Shown: positions 10,877-19,991 of the stretch, one piece after another
Layout of the letters: every line of letters starts with the position of its first letter
Position numbering within the stretch: position 1 is the first letter of the stretch
Origin: Acidobacteriota bacterium
GTDB taxonomy: Bacteria > Acidobacteriota > UBA6911 > JACQSX01
DNA: 31,120 bases
NCBI GenBank assembly: GCA_036507075.1
Contig: DASXQR010000193.1
Span: forward strand, 1 to 31,120
Direction of reading: 5' to 3'
The notes under the pieces: model-generated
The model's database searches: none
What the model was told of the DNA's origin: nothing
What the model saw: only the letters and a program-made list of their open reading frames with translations
Translations under genes and position numbers: made by a program

Positions 10877-13873
10877 TCAGAAGTTGAAACGCGCGGCGAG
10901 CTGCATCTGCCGCGCCGTGCCGGTGCCGATGCTGCGATTCAAACCGCTGCTGACGAGGCCAAAGCTGGCCGGCGAAGTGAAGGTCGTGCCGGGGTTCCCC
11001 GCCTGAGTGCGGTTGAATAGGTTGAACGCCTCCACGCGAAAGACCAGCGCCTTGCTCTCGGTGATGCGGGTGTTTTTCTGCAGCGCAAAGTCCACCTGCA
11101 CCAGGCCGGGACCGGTAGCGATTGCGCGGCCGGCATTGCCCCAGGTACCACGGGCGGGAATTGCGAAAGCGGCGGGGTTAAACCATTGTGAAAACGTGGG
11201 TCCGCCCGCCGGATAAATGGAAACGCCGGGGACGAGGTTGGGCCGCTGCGCGGAGTTGTTGCCGTCGGGCGTGTCGGCGGTCGCGCGCGATATTCCGATG
11301 GTGAGCATGCGCCCTGTGCGCGCGGTCCAGATCCCGCTCATTTCCCAGCCTCCGAAAACCTTGGAAGCCGGCCCGGATTGCAGGAAGCGCTGGCCCGGCC
11401 CAAATGGAAGCTGGTAGATCCAGTTGCTGGTCATGGTGTGGCGGATGTCCTGGGGGCTGTTGCCGCGATCGCAGACACGGCAGGAAGCGATCTGCGGCTG
11501 CGCCCCTTCGCCCCCACCGATGTTGCCGTCGTTGATCGAATGCGACCACATGTACTCGGTGGTCCAGTTCAGGCCGCGCGCCACGCGCCGGTACAAAGAG
11601 ACCTGCATGGCGTGAAAGTTGCTCTTGCCGTCCTGACGTTTTTCGTCCATGCGGGCGAAATTTGGAAGCGGGCGCACCCGGGTGACCGGGTCAATGTTGT
11701 TGATCCATTGCCGCGCAAAAAGCTTGACCCCCGAGCTGCCGACGTAGCCGATCTGGGTAACAAAGCCGACCGGCAATTCCTGCTGCACCGATAAGCCCCA
11801 CTGGACGCTGTAAAGGTCGCGGCGGTCGCGCTGCAGCGAGCGAGGCGTCAGACCGCCCTCGCGGGCCTGCCCCAGGAACGGTGTCACAGGATAGGAGAGA
11901 GCGGGGGCCTCTGCGGCGGTAAGCGACAACCGTTCCGCCGTGTTGTCAAGAGGGGTATTCACGTCGTCAATCTGGCCGGGTCCGTGATAAACGCCGATGC
12001 CGGTGCGAATCACTGTCTTGCCGTTGAGCGCCTTCGGAGACCAGGCGATGCCGAGACGCGGATCGAAGTTGTTGCGGTCCGGAAAATACCAGGGCGTGCC
12101 GTGCGGGCAGAATCCGCGGCATCGTTCCATGTCGAAAACCCGGTAGCGGTCCTTCACTTCCTTGTTGATCCCGTAGTACTCGTAGCGCAGGCCGAGGTTC
12201 AGAGTGAGGTTGGACCGCGCCTTGAAGTCATCCTGCACGTAGCCATAATAGTAGGTCTTGCGCGTACCGAGCACGTCGGCGCCGCCGGTAATCGATACCG
12301 AATCAACCCTGTTGTTAAGCATGGCCGCACGGTTCGCATAGGTGACCGAGACCGAATCATAGGCCGGGTCGGCGACGTTTACGTGAGCCCGCCGGATTTC
12401 GCCGCCGATCTTGAGCGCATGGCGGCCGCGGGTGATCGCCACGTTGTCGATCACGGAAAACGAAGTGCCGTTCTCGACCAGAAGGTTGGACTGGCTCAGT
12501 GTCATGAAACTCGAAACGGTGATGCTCTCGGGAAGCGGACCATAGGTGAAGCGACGCAGGGTGGAGCGGTTGACGCCCGCTCTCAAGTCGTTGATCAACG
12601 TGGACGAGAAGATGCGCTGATACTGCATCACAAAGTTGGAAGGCCGGAAATTGTCGTTCTGCCGGTCAATTTCAATCACGCTGCGCGGCGCGACAATCAC
12701 GCCGTTATCCATGTTGTAGCGGGCGAAAAAAGTGTTGTTGTCGTTGAAGCGATGATCGATCCGCGCCGAAACCGTGTTCTCGTCCCAAGCCTGGCTGCGG
12801 TTAGCCTTAACGCGGTCAACGTCTGCATTGGTGGTGCGCTCGGTGCCGACGGGATAGGCAGCCAGAAGCTGAGCAATGACCGGAGAAGTGGCACGGGCGC
12901 GGAAGGCCGCGCTGGGCACGTCGTTGGTGAATGTTTGCGAGATGCGCTGCCGCAGCCCTTCGTAGTTTACGAAGAAAAAGGTGCGGTTCTTGATGATCGG
13001 CCCGCCCACGCTGCCGCCGAACTGGTTCAGGCGGAATGGCTGCTTCGATGTGTCGAACGGGTTGCGCGCATCGATGTAGTCGTTGCGCAGAAACTCAAAG
13101 AGGCTGCCATGAAACTGGTTCGATCCGGACTTTGAAACCAGGTTCACCTGCCCGCCGGCGCCGCTGCCCGATTCGGCCGAATAGAGCGTGGAATTGACCC
13201 GGAATTCAGCGATCGTGTCGGTGCTGATGACCAGTCGCAGAGCCGATTCCTGGCGCGGATCCTTCACGCCGGTGGCGTCCAGCCCGTCAAAGGTCCAGTT
13301 GTTATCGTCACGAGACCGGCCCACAAACCGGATTGTCTGCTGGCTGCCGTCGCCGGTGTTGATCGCTCCGGGCGCCAAGGCCATCAGGCTGGCCCAGTGC
13401 CGGCCATTGAGCGGGATCTCCCGTATCTGCCGCGAGTCGATGACCGTGCCGAGGACCGGAGAGGTGCTGTCCAGCGGCGAGACGGCTCCCGTGACGCTGA
13501 CGACTTCATGTAACTCCCCCACTTCCAGCTTGATGTCCAGCGTGCGGGATCGTCCGATTTCCAGATCGACGTTCTCGATCCTGGCGGTCTTGAATCCCGG
13601 GAGTTCGACCGTTACCGAGTATTTCCCGACCGGCAGAAAATTCAGCACGAAACTTCCTGCGTCGTCGGTGAGCGTCTCCCGTTTCATGCCGGTGCTGACC
13701 AACTCGGCCCTCACGGCCGCGCCGGGGACTAACCCGCCTCCCGGATCCGTCACTGTTCCCTGGAGAGTGGCCGTGGCGGTCTGCGCCAACAGGGCCCGAT
13801 GGGAAAGTGAATAAGCGGGCAGCATGACAAACAGCAAACAGTACAATACGCGCAACAGGCATTTTTTCTGCAT
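10877..13873 (-). CDS. TonB-dependent receptor with carboxypeptidase regulatory-like domain
   Basis: Start placed at ATG 13873 (GGAGGGAG RBS). Motifs LQGTVTDPGGGLVPGAAV, TIAEFRVNS, KSGSNQFHGSLFEFLRND, YVQDDFKARSNLTLNLGLRYEY; C-terminal ARQMQLAARFNF. Confidence 0.93.
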   Translation of the reverse strand: MQKKCLLRVLYCLLFVMLPAYSLSHRALLAQTATATLQGTVTDPGGGLVPGAAVRAELVSTGMKRETLTDDAGSFVLNFLPVGKYSVTVELPGFKTARIENVDLEIGRSRTLDIKLEVGELHEVVSVTGAVSPLDSTSPVLGTVIDSRQIREIPLNGRHWASLMALAPGAINTGDGSQQTIRFVGRSRDDNNWTFDGLDATGVKDPRQESALRLVISTDTIAEFRVNSTLYSAESGSGAGGQVNLVSKSGSNQFHGSLFEFLRNDYIDARNPFDTSKQPFRLNQFGGSVGGPIIKNRTFFFVNYEGLRQRISQTFTNDVPSAAFRARATSPVIAQLLAAYPVGTERTTNADVDRVKANRSQAWDENTVSARIDHRFNDNNTFFARYNMDNGVIVAPRSVIEIDRQNDNFRPSNFVMQYQRIFSSTLINDLRAGVNRSTLRRFTYGPLPESITVSSFMTLSQSNLLVENGTSFSVIDNVAITRGRHALKIGGEIRRAHVNVADPAYDSVSVTYANRAAMLNNRVDSVSITGGADVLGTRKTYYYGYVQDDFKARSNLTLNLGLRYEYYGINKEVKDRYRVFDMERCRGFCPHGTPWYFPDRNNFDPRLGIAWSPKALNGKTVIRTGIGVYHGPGQIDDVNTPLDNTAERLSLTAAEAPALSYPVTPFLGQAREGGLTPRSLQRDRRDLYSVQWGLSVQQELPVGFVTQIGYVGSSGVKLFARQWINNIDPVTRVRPLPNFARMDEKRQDGKSNFHAMQVSLYRRVARGLNWTTEYMWSHSINDGNIGGGEGAQPQIASCRVCDRGNSPQDIRHTMTSNWIYQLPFGPGQRFLQSGPASKVFGGWEMSGIWTARTGRMLTIGISRATADTPDGNNSAQRPNLVPGVSIYPAGGPTFSQWFNPAAFAIPARGTWGNAGRAIATGPGLVQVDFALQKNTRITESKALVFRVEAFNLFNRTQAGNPGTTFTSPASFGLVSSGLNRSIGTGTARQMQLAARFNF

Positions 13874-13898
13874 AGCTTTACTCCCTCCAATTACATCC

Positions 13899-14047
13899 AG
13901 CCCGCGAAGCGGGCGCAAAAGATTTCGTAGATTTGACGGGTGTTGTCTCTGGCACTAAAGCTCTGTCGCCGCTACGCGGCTTTCCTCTCATGATTTCACT
14001 CCCCAGGGGCTCACGCCCCCGGCTGCGATTCGCCCGCTTCGCAGGCT
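13899..14047. repeat. Small inverted-repeat element (REPIN/MITE-like)
   Basis: Arms AGCCCGCGAAGCGGGCG (13899-13915) and CGCCCGCTTCGCAGGCT (14031-14047), 16/17 complementary; internal hairpin GGGGC-TCAC-GCCCC. Confidence 0.6.
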
Positions 14048-14062
14048 TCTGGATTGGATCAA

Positions 14063-15223
14063 TCATCGTCTGACGATCGCGGACCAGCGTACGAGTTTGA
14101 AGTTCTGATTGCCATTGTCATTGCTTCCGTCCTGTGCAACGAAGAGGCCACCCGGAAAGGCCGGACCGAGATTCGCTGTTGTCACATCCAGACCGTCCGT
14201 TTCGGTCACCGCATCAATCCCGCCGTGGCTGACGATCTTGAATGACTTGACGTATTCGTTAGTGTCACCACGCCTGTAAAGGACGTAAGAACTGCTCCCC
14301 TGACTGGAAGCGACCAGGTATCCATTTCCTTTAGCATAGTACGCGATGGCGAGGCCTTCGACATCGGCAACCAGGTGCCCTCCTTCTCCGGTCCGATCTA
14401 TCTGCCGCCGCCCCGTATCTCCTCGGTCAGGTTCGGCAGAATATTTCCAGATGCCAACGTCTTCCTGGGCAATATAAAGGCTCCCCAGTTCATCATCAGC
14501 CACGCAGCCTTCCGTCTCGCCGCCGACAGAGAAGCTGCGCACCTCGCGCGCGTCGACTTTGCCGCTGTTATCGGCGAATAATTCCCACTGCTGAACGTCG
14601 CCCTTCTTCGAGTTGACGAAGTAATAGTACTTCCCGCTGCTCGCACTGCGATACATGCACGAGCCGTAAGTCTCAATGGTGGTGATCACGCGCGCAGCGA
14701 CATTGTGCAATTGGCGAGAAGTCGGGTTGACTCGGTAAATGCCGACGCTGTTGTCGCTGCGGTTTCCTGTCACCACCAGATCAACCGACTCCTGTCCGAG
14801 CGGAAATCCACGGCGAATGTCCACGTTGTTCATCCGACCATGCGCTAAGTATTGGATCTGGCGCCCCGATAAGTCGTAAACAGCCAACCCTCCTTTTTTG
14901 TCGGTTCCGATAATGGTGCTCAACTCCGGCCTGGAGGGATGAACCCAGATAGCCGGGTCATCCGCCGCGTCGCCGCTGTGAGGCATCGGGTCAGTCTCCG
15001 CAACGGGCCAGACCGGCTCGGCGGCCGGGTCGGGCGGGGTAGCGAACAATTCCGCAAATCCACGCGCGGCGCTTGGGCCGAAGAACACGAGCGCGAGCGT
15101 GAGCGCGAACCCGCCGGCGATCAGGGCATTACGGGGATGCATCCAGCGTCGCTTCCTATCTGGAGTGTCCCGCTCAGGGTCATGTTCTGAAGCCATCTGC
15201 TGCCGCGATGTAAACGTGTTCAT
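14063..15223 (-). CDS. phy: Beta-propeller phytase (3-phytase); the start may instead be ATG 15196
   Basis: [75 protein letters not shown] are hallmark Bacillus-type phytase motifs; N-terminal hydrophobic anchor or signal. Confidence 0.93.
   Translation of the reverse strand: MNTFTSRQQMASEHDPERDTPDRKRRWMHPRNALIAGGFALTLALVFFGPSAARGFAELFATPPDPAAEPVWPVAETDPMPHSGDAADDPAIWVHPSRPELSTIIGTDKKGGLAVYDLSGRQIQYLAHGRMNNVDIRRGFPLGQESVDLVVTGNRSDNSVGIYRVNPTSRQLHNVAARVITTIETYGSCMYRSASSGKYYYFVNSKKGDVQQWELFADNSGKVDAREVRSFSVGGETEGCVADDELGSLYIAQEDVGIWKYSAEPDRGDTGRRQIDRTGEGGHLVADVEGLAIAYYAKGNGYLVASSQGSSSYVLYRRGDTNEYVKSFKIVSHGGIDAVTETDGLDVTTANLGPAFPGGLFVAQDGSNDNGNQNFKLVRWSAIVRR
15209..15222. promoter_or_regulatory. 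Putative LacI-family operator at the phytase 5' end
   Basis: TGTAAACGTGTTCA, a quasi-palindrome with central CG resembling TGNAAACGTTTNCA. Confidence 0.55.
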
Positions 15224-15425
15224 AACACGGGCCGCGCGAGAAATCTATATGCTGCCGAGTTTGAACAATACAAAAAAGCCTGAAGACCTGTCGGTTCTCA
15301 ACACTGGCGAAGTGCGAAGGGGGCTATAACGGCGCTCAGGTTACCCCGCGGCGCGCGTGCTGTCAATAAGAAGCGTGGCATGTGCGAATGCAGGGCTCCG
15401 CGGTAAAGTGCTGCGAAGTCGCACC

Positions 15426-15454
15426 TTGACAAACGTTGGACACTCGGATACGTT
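15426..15454 (+). promoter_or_regulatory. Sigma70-like promoter of the LacI gene, overlapped by an operator-like palindrome
   Basis: TTGACA-17 bp-TACGTT; TGACAAACGTTGGACA (15427-15442) overlaps the -35 box. Confidence 0.55.
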
Positions 15455-15528
15455 CGCGTCCGTTTCCGGGCTGGCGCAAGCCTCGACCCCGGGGAGGTTC
15501 TCTAGATGCTAACCGGGTATCCCCCTGC

Positions 15529-15542
15529 TGCACACGTTTGTA
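15529..15542. promoter_or_regulatory. Putative LacI-family operator upstream of the LacI gene
   Basis: TGCACACGTTTGTA, about 40 bp upstream of ATG 15583; similar to the reverse complement of the phytase box (TGAACACGTTTACA). Confidence 0.5.
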
Positions 15543-15582
15543 TCATCCCACGGCGGCGCCTTCGGCGGGCTTTGATTTGACC

Positions 15583-16590
15583 ATGGCAAATGTGTCGATT
15601 AAGGATGTTGCCCGCGCAGCCAGAGTGTCTCACCCCACCGTTTCGCGTGCTCTGCGACACAGCTCGCTGGTAAAGCCCGACACCGCAGAGCGCATTCGCA
15701 GCATCGCGCGCCGCATGGGTTACCGGCCAAGCGCCGTTGCCCGCAGTCTGGTAACCAGGAGGACAAAGACCATTGGCGTGGTTGTCACAACGATCGCTGA
15801 CCCCTTCATCAGTGAAGTGGTGAGCGGTATTGAGGAGGTTGCAAACGAAAATGGGTATTCGGTCGTGCTGGCAAATTCCAATGCCGACCCTGAGCGTGAG
15901 GTGCAAGTGGCTCACTCGTTCCATGAACGGCGTGTCGATGGCATTCTGGTTACTGCCTCTCGCGTGGGTGCACGTTACCTCCCGCTGCTCAGCGAGATGA
16001 AAGTTCCCGTAGTCCTGATCAACAGCCACCACCCCGCCGAATTCGTTTACTCGGTCAGGATCGACAACGTCACCGCAAGCCGTGCAGCAACGGCGCATCT
16101 GATCGAACTGGGCCACAAACGGATCGCCTACATCGGTGACCGCTTCGGCTTCCAATCGGACACCGAACGTTTTTCCGGATATCGCGAGGCACTCGAAAGA
16201 GCTGATTTGCCGTTCCTCCCCCAACTGGTCGTCCACGGGGACGGAAAAGCCGAAGGAGGTCTCCACGCGATCGCCACTCTGATGGCGATGCCCGACCCGC
16301 CCACCGCCGTTTTCTGTTACAACGATATGTGCGCCATTGGAGCGTTAAGTGGAATTCGACAGCGAGGTTTGCGGGTGCCGAACGACATTTCCATCGTCGG
16401 ATTCGACGATCTGCTGATTGCGTCCTACACCCATCCGCCGCTTACGACCGTGCATCAGCCTAAGCAACAGATGGGCCGGGCGGCGATGCGAATCCTGCTT
16501 GAGCTTTTCTCCAATGCCCAATCGATAACCAACATCAAGATGCAGGGCGAGTTGATCGTGAGGGAATCTACGGCGCCTCCGACCCGTTAG
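15583..16590 (+). CDS. LacI-family transcriptional regulator
   Basis: MANVSIKDVARAARVSHPTVSRAL HTH, GYRPSAVARSL hinge, PTAVFCYND, DISIVGFDD, PPLTTVHQP, LIVREST. Start placed at ATG 15583. Confidence 0.95.
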   Translation: MANVSIKDVARAARVSHPTVSRALRHSSLVKPDTAERIRSIARRMGYRPSAVARSLVTRRTKTIGVVVTTIADPFISEVVSGIEEVANENGYSVVLANSNADPEREVQVAHSFHERRVDGILVTASRVGARYLPLLSEMKVPVVLINSHHPAEFVYSVRIDNVTASRAATAHLIELGHKRIAYIGDRFGFQSDTERFSGYREALERADLPFLPQLVVHGDGKAEGGLHAIATLMAMPDPPTAVFCYNDMCAIGALSGIRQRGLRVPNDISIVGFDDLLIASYTHPPLTTVHQPKQQMGRAAMRILLELFSNAQSITNIKMQGELIVRESTAPPTR

Positions 16591-16711
16591 GCACCCGGAG
16601 GGCCGAACGACAATCTGAGAACACCGACGAGTTCTGCGCGACCCGTTTCAAATTGCCGTATTTCGCACCTTGACTCATCCTTCTTTCAGTTCCAGGACGG
16701 CCGCCGTGTGA

Positions 16712-17413
16712 AGCGAAAACGTCCGATCGATTAACTTCGCTCCCGGGTATCATCCCGAAATGCTGGGCGAGTATGCGGCGCGGCAGGCGGGCCAGCGCCG
16801 CCTGCTCGCATTATCCGCGCTGGCTCTGATCGGAATACTGCTGGTACTTTACACGGATTTTCGGTCCGGCAGGCTGACCACGCTGGTGTTCGCCAGCCTG
16901 CCCTTCGCGCTGGTCGGGGGAGTGGCGGCGGCATTTTTGACGGGAGGCGTGCTGTCGTTAGGATCGCTGGTCGGCTTTGTCACGGTGCTCGGCATGGCGG
17001 CCAGAAATGGAGTGATGCTGGTGAGCCACTATCGACATCTGGAAGAGCAGGAACTCGCCGCCTTTGGCCGGGAAATGATTGTCCGAGGGGCTGAGGAGCG
17101 ACTCGTCCCCATTCTGATGACGGCATCCGCCACGGCTCTTGCATTGCTGCCAATCATCATCGGCGGCAATCGTCCGGGTCATGAGATCGAACATCCCATG
17201 GCGGCTTCCTTCCTGTGTCTTCAGCTACATCCACCCGTGCAGGCTTTTCCAACAACTCTTGACTCCTCCTTCTCGTCAATGCTCTTCTTACTGATGGCGG
17301 CATCCTCCTTCTTTGGGCTCATTACCGTTCGACAGGCTCGAACACGGGACGGCAGTGGACGGCAAACCGCGGCGCCGCTGAGTGCGCCAGTCAGGCGTTT
17401 TGGGCAAAGTTGA
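16712..17413 (+). pseudogene. Fragment of a CzcA/CusA-type heavy-metal RND permease fused in frame to an unrelated tail
   Basis: (FAPGYHPE)[63 protein letters not shown] matches the C-terminal TM region of an RND pump of roughly 1000 aa. Similarity stops near 17203; the N-terminal bulk and last helix are absent. Confidence 0.85.
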
Positions 17414-18522
17414 TGTCAACACTGATCCTTCTGAGCGTTGTGCTGCTTGCCTACAGCAACGGGGCGAATGACAACTTCAAAGGAGTCGCTACACTCTTTG
17501 GCAGCGGCACGGCCAACTACCGTAGGGCCCTTGCATGGGCTGTCATCACGACTTTTATGGGGTCGGTGTTGGCGCTTTTGCTGGCCCAAAAGCTGGTGGA
17601 AGCCTTTCAAGGAAGAGAAGTCACGCCCCAGGCTGTCGTAGTGCAGCAGCCTTTTCTGTTGGCTGTGAGTCTAGCGGCCGCTTTGACGGTTCTGCTGGCG
17701 ACATGGACAGGACTTCCGGTTTCGACCACTCATGCGTTGACTGGAGCATTGGTCGGAGCAGGGCTGGTTGCAACGGGTGGCGAGATCAAACCCGGTTCAC
17801 TGCTCTATTCTTTCGTACTGCCGTTATTGTGTAGCCCACTTTTGGCCACAGCCTTGACGCTGACCATCTATCCCGTCTTCCGATTGATACGTCAATCGCT
17901 TCGTATCTCCAGTCAGAGCTGTATCTGCGTCGGCGCCGCTTATGAACCAGTGAGGATCGAGCCAGACGGTACTCTTGCGCTGGTGCGGACAGGAATTGTG
18001 ATTCAAGGGCAAATCTCGGAATGCGTTCAGCGATATCAGGGCCGGATGCTGGGATTGCAAGCCGGACCAGTGTTGGATGCAGTGCACTACTTGAGCGCCG
18101 GGGCTGTCGGGTTTGCCCGAGGTTTGAATGACACTCCGAAAATCGTGGCGCTCTTGCTTGCCGCACGGACCATGCCACCAAACGCGGGGTTGGTGGTGGT
18201 GGCAATCGTTATGGCTTTGGGTGGCGTGCTCAGCGCCCGTCGGGTGGCCGAAACCATAAGCCAAAAGATCACCCGCATGAATCCCGGTCAGGGAATCACA
18301 GCCAACTTGGCTACCGGACTCTTGGTAATCCTTGCAAGCCGCTATGGCTTGCCGGTTTCAACCACGCATGTATCTGTTGGCGCCCTGTTCGGTGTCGGAA
18401 TCATAAGCGGCACCGCCCGAAGGGACGTTATCGTCAGGATCTTGCTGGCGTGGATAACAACGGCACCGCTGGGCCTGCTGTTGGCTTGTGGGCTGTATTG
18501 CACTTTTGGCAGCGCGGTCTAA
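17413..18522 (+). CDS. Inorganic phosphate transporter (PiT/PHO4 family)
   Basis: [44 protein letters not shown] and [18 protein letters not shown] are the duplicated PiT signature motifs. The ATG overlaps the upstream TGA (TGATG). Confidence 0.9.
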   Translation: MSTLILLSVVLLAYSNGANDNFKGVATLFGSGTANYRRALAWAVITTFMGSVLALLLAQKLVEAFQGREVTPQAVVVQQPFLLAVSLAAALTVLLATWTGLPVSTTHALTGALVGAGLVATGGEIKPGSLLYSFVLPLLCSPLLATALTLTIYPVFRLIRQSLRISSQSCICVGAAYEPVRIEPDGTLALVRTGIVIQGQISECVQRYQGRMLGLQAGPVLDAVHYLSAGAVGFARGLNDTPKIVALLLAARTMPPNAGLVVVAIVMALGGVLSARRVAETISQKITRMNPGQGITANLATGLLVILASRYGLPVSTTHVSVGALFGVGIISGTARRDVIVRILLAWITTAPLGLLLACGLYCTFGSAV

Positions 18523-18594
18523 AGTTGAGAGCACGGACGAGTTCAACGCCCTCTGACACCGGGCGGGCTCCGCTCTCAATCCTGAAATAGACTT

Positions 18595-18711
18595 TACGAT
18601 CGCGGGCCACGGTACGAGCTTGAAATTCTGATTGCCCTTGTCATTACTTCCGTCTTGCGCAACAAAGACACCTGCCGGAAAAGCCGGCCCAAGGTTTGCT
18701 GTGGTTACATC
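18595..18711 (-). pseudogene. 3' remnant of a second beta-propeller phytase gene
   Basis: Translates as [39 protein letters not shown], 34/39 identical to the C-terminus of 14063..15223; no start codon, and an in-frame stop lies 7 codons upstream. Confidence 0.9.
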
Positions 18712-18721
18712 ATTGCGCCAA

Positions 18722-18767
18722 TTGACTGTCTAGTGTACATAGACTAAAGTGTCTATCAGTTATAGAC
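18722..18767 (+). promoter_or_regulatory. Sigma70 promoter with two GTCTA-N7-TAGAC operators
   Basis: TTGACT (18722-27), 17 bp, TAAAGT (18745-50). Inverted repeats GTCTA-gtgtaca-TAGAC (18728-44, the whole spacer) and GTCTA-tcagtta-TAGAC (18751-67). Confidence 0.75.
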
Positions 18768-18781
18768 GAATGAAAGAGCCT

Positions 18782-19324
18782 ATGATATTGGACCATGATC
18801 TTTTGGAGAAAGCGAGGTCCGCAGCTACCGAGCTGGCGGAGGCGGAGCGGCAGGCGCTGCTGTCTCGCGCAGAGTACCACACGGCTGTTCGGCGGCTTCA
18901 CCTCGCCGGTGGGTCGCTTCGAGAAATCGCCCAAGCGCTCTCATTCAGCCACCAGAGGGTTCAACAGATCGTGATGGTTGCGGGAGGCAGTTGGTGGCGC
19001 CGTGTGTGGCATACGCGAAACGTAAAGCGGGATGCGGTGTGCACCTGGTGCGATCGCCCTCCCAGTAAAGTGTCCAAGCTGATCGCGGGACCGAACGTCT
19101 ATATTTGTGATTCCTGCATCGAGGCTGCCGAAGACGCGCTGCGTGGAACCCCGGCGGGCTCCAGCGGGCTGAAACGAGCAAAGGAGGGCGCCATGAGCCT
19201 TTGTTCCTTCTGTAACAAGCGGAGAAGCAGGACAAGGTCGCTCGTTACAGGCCGAGCGGCCAACATCTGCGAGCCATGCCTGCGAACCTGCCGCGAGATT
19301 CTGGACGGCCGCTTTCAGGCGTAG
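18782..19324 (+). CDS. HTH protein with two ClpX C4-type zinc fingers
   Basis: GGSLREIAQALSFSHQRVQQIV (HTH); CTWCDRPPSKVSKLIAGPNVYICDSC and CSFCNKRRSRTRSLVTGRAANICEPC (zf-C4_ClpX-like). Start is ATG 18782 or 18770. Confidence 0.85.
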   Translation: MILDHDLLEKARSAATELAEAERQALLSRAEYHTAVRRLHLAGGSLREIAQALSFSHQRVQQIVMVAGGSWWRRVWHTRNVKRDAVCTWCDRPPSKVSKLIAGPNVYICDSCIEAAEDALRGTPAGSSGLKRAKEGAMSLCSFCNKRRSRTRSLVTGRAANICEPCLRTCREILDGRFQA

Positions 19325-19361
19325 GGACGCGGCATGCTGCGTCAAGGCTCAGACGCGACAT
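19321..19361 (+). repeat. GTAG-family REP-like copy overlapping a stop codon
   Basis: GTAGGGACGCGGCATGCTGCGTC-AAGGCTCA-GACGCGACAT; same family as 8215 and 10761. The TAG of GTAG is the stop of the zinc-finger gene. Confidence 0.7.
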
Positions 19362-19368
19362 ATGGAAT

Positions 19369-19962
19369 CTATCCGGGTTTGCGCGCTGCAACACTTGCAA
19401 ACATCTTGATGCTTGGGCCGGGCGCTTCAAAGCTGTCCCACCTCGATTCGAGAAGATCCCATCCGGCGAATTGATCCTGCAGCTCGCTGTGGCCAAACAA
19501 ATAGTAATGCCCGGGTTCAAACATATCCAGGTACGTTGTACCTTCAATCAGCACGTTTATAATTGCGCAGCCTCCTGGCCTGACATGTGAATGAATATCC
19601 TTGAGTATTTCGTGAGCTTGCAATCTCTTCATGAACATCAGCAGCCCGATTGAGACAATCACGTCGAAGTCCGCCGAAATCCGATATGCGGTGAGATCGA
19701 CCAGCTCGGCTTGGACCGGCAGGCCTTCGGCTGCGACGACGTTGCGAATGCGCTCGATCGCATTTACGCTGGCGTCGAACGCAAGTACCGGGCAGCCGCG
19801 CCGCGCCGCCTCGATTGTGAGATTGCCTAAGCCGCAACCTAGATCCAGGACTCGGCCGCGTAGAAAGGGGAGCGCCAATTTCTCAAAAGGATTAAGACTA
19901 AAATCTCCTTCGCGTACCTGGCGCTGAAACTGATTGTCGAAAAACTCAATACTGCGATCCAT
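19369..19962 (-). CDS. Class I SAM-dependent methyltransferase (TehB-like)
   Basis: RVLDLGCGLGN motif I, FDVIVSIGLLMF, VRPGG. Start placed at ATG 19962 (GAAGAGG RBS). Confidence 0.85.
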   Translation of the reverse strand: MDRSIEFFDNQFQRQVREGDFSLNPFEKLALPFLRGRVLDLGCGLGNLTIEAARRGCPVLAFDASVNAIERIRNVVAAEGLPVQAELVDLTAYRISADFDVIVSIGLLMFMKRLQAHEILKDIHSHVRPGGCAIINVLIEGTTYLDMFEPGHYYLFGHSELQDQFAGWDLLESRWDSFEAPGPSIKMFASVAARKPG

Positions 19963-19991
19963 CGCAATCGCCTCTTCGTGCTCTTCGCGGT

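Noticed and set aside
11984..13135. 383-aa plus-strand ORF and similar long antisense ORFs (5279..6124, 6944..7852, 8740..9621, 23637..24554)
   Set aside because: These are shadow frames opposite well-supported genes in GC-rich DNA.
18782..19324. Calling this gene clpX
   Set aside because: It has only zinc-finger domains and no AAA+ Walker motifs.
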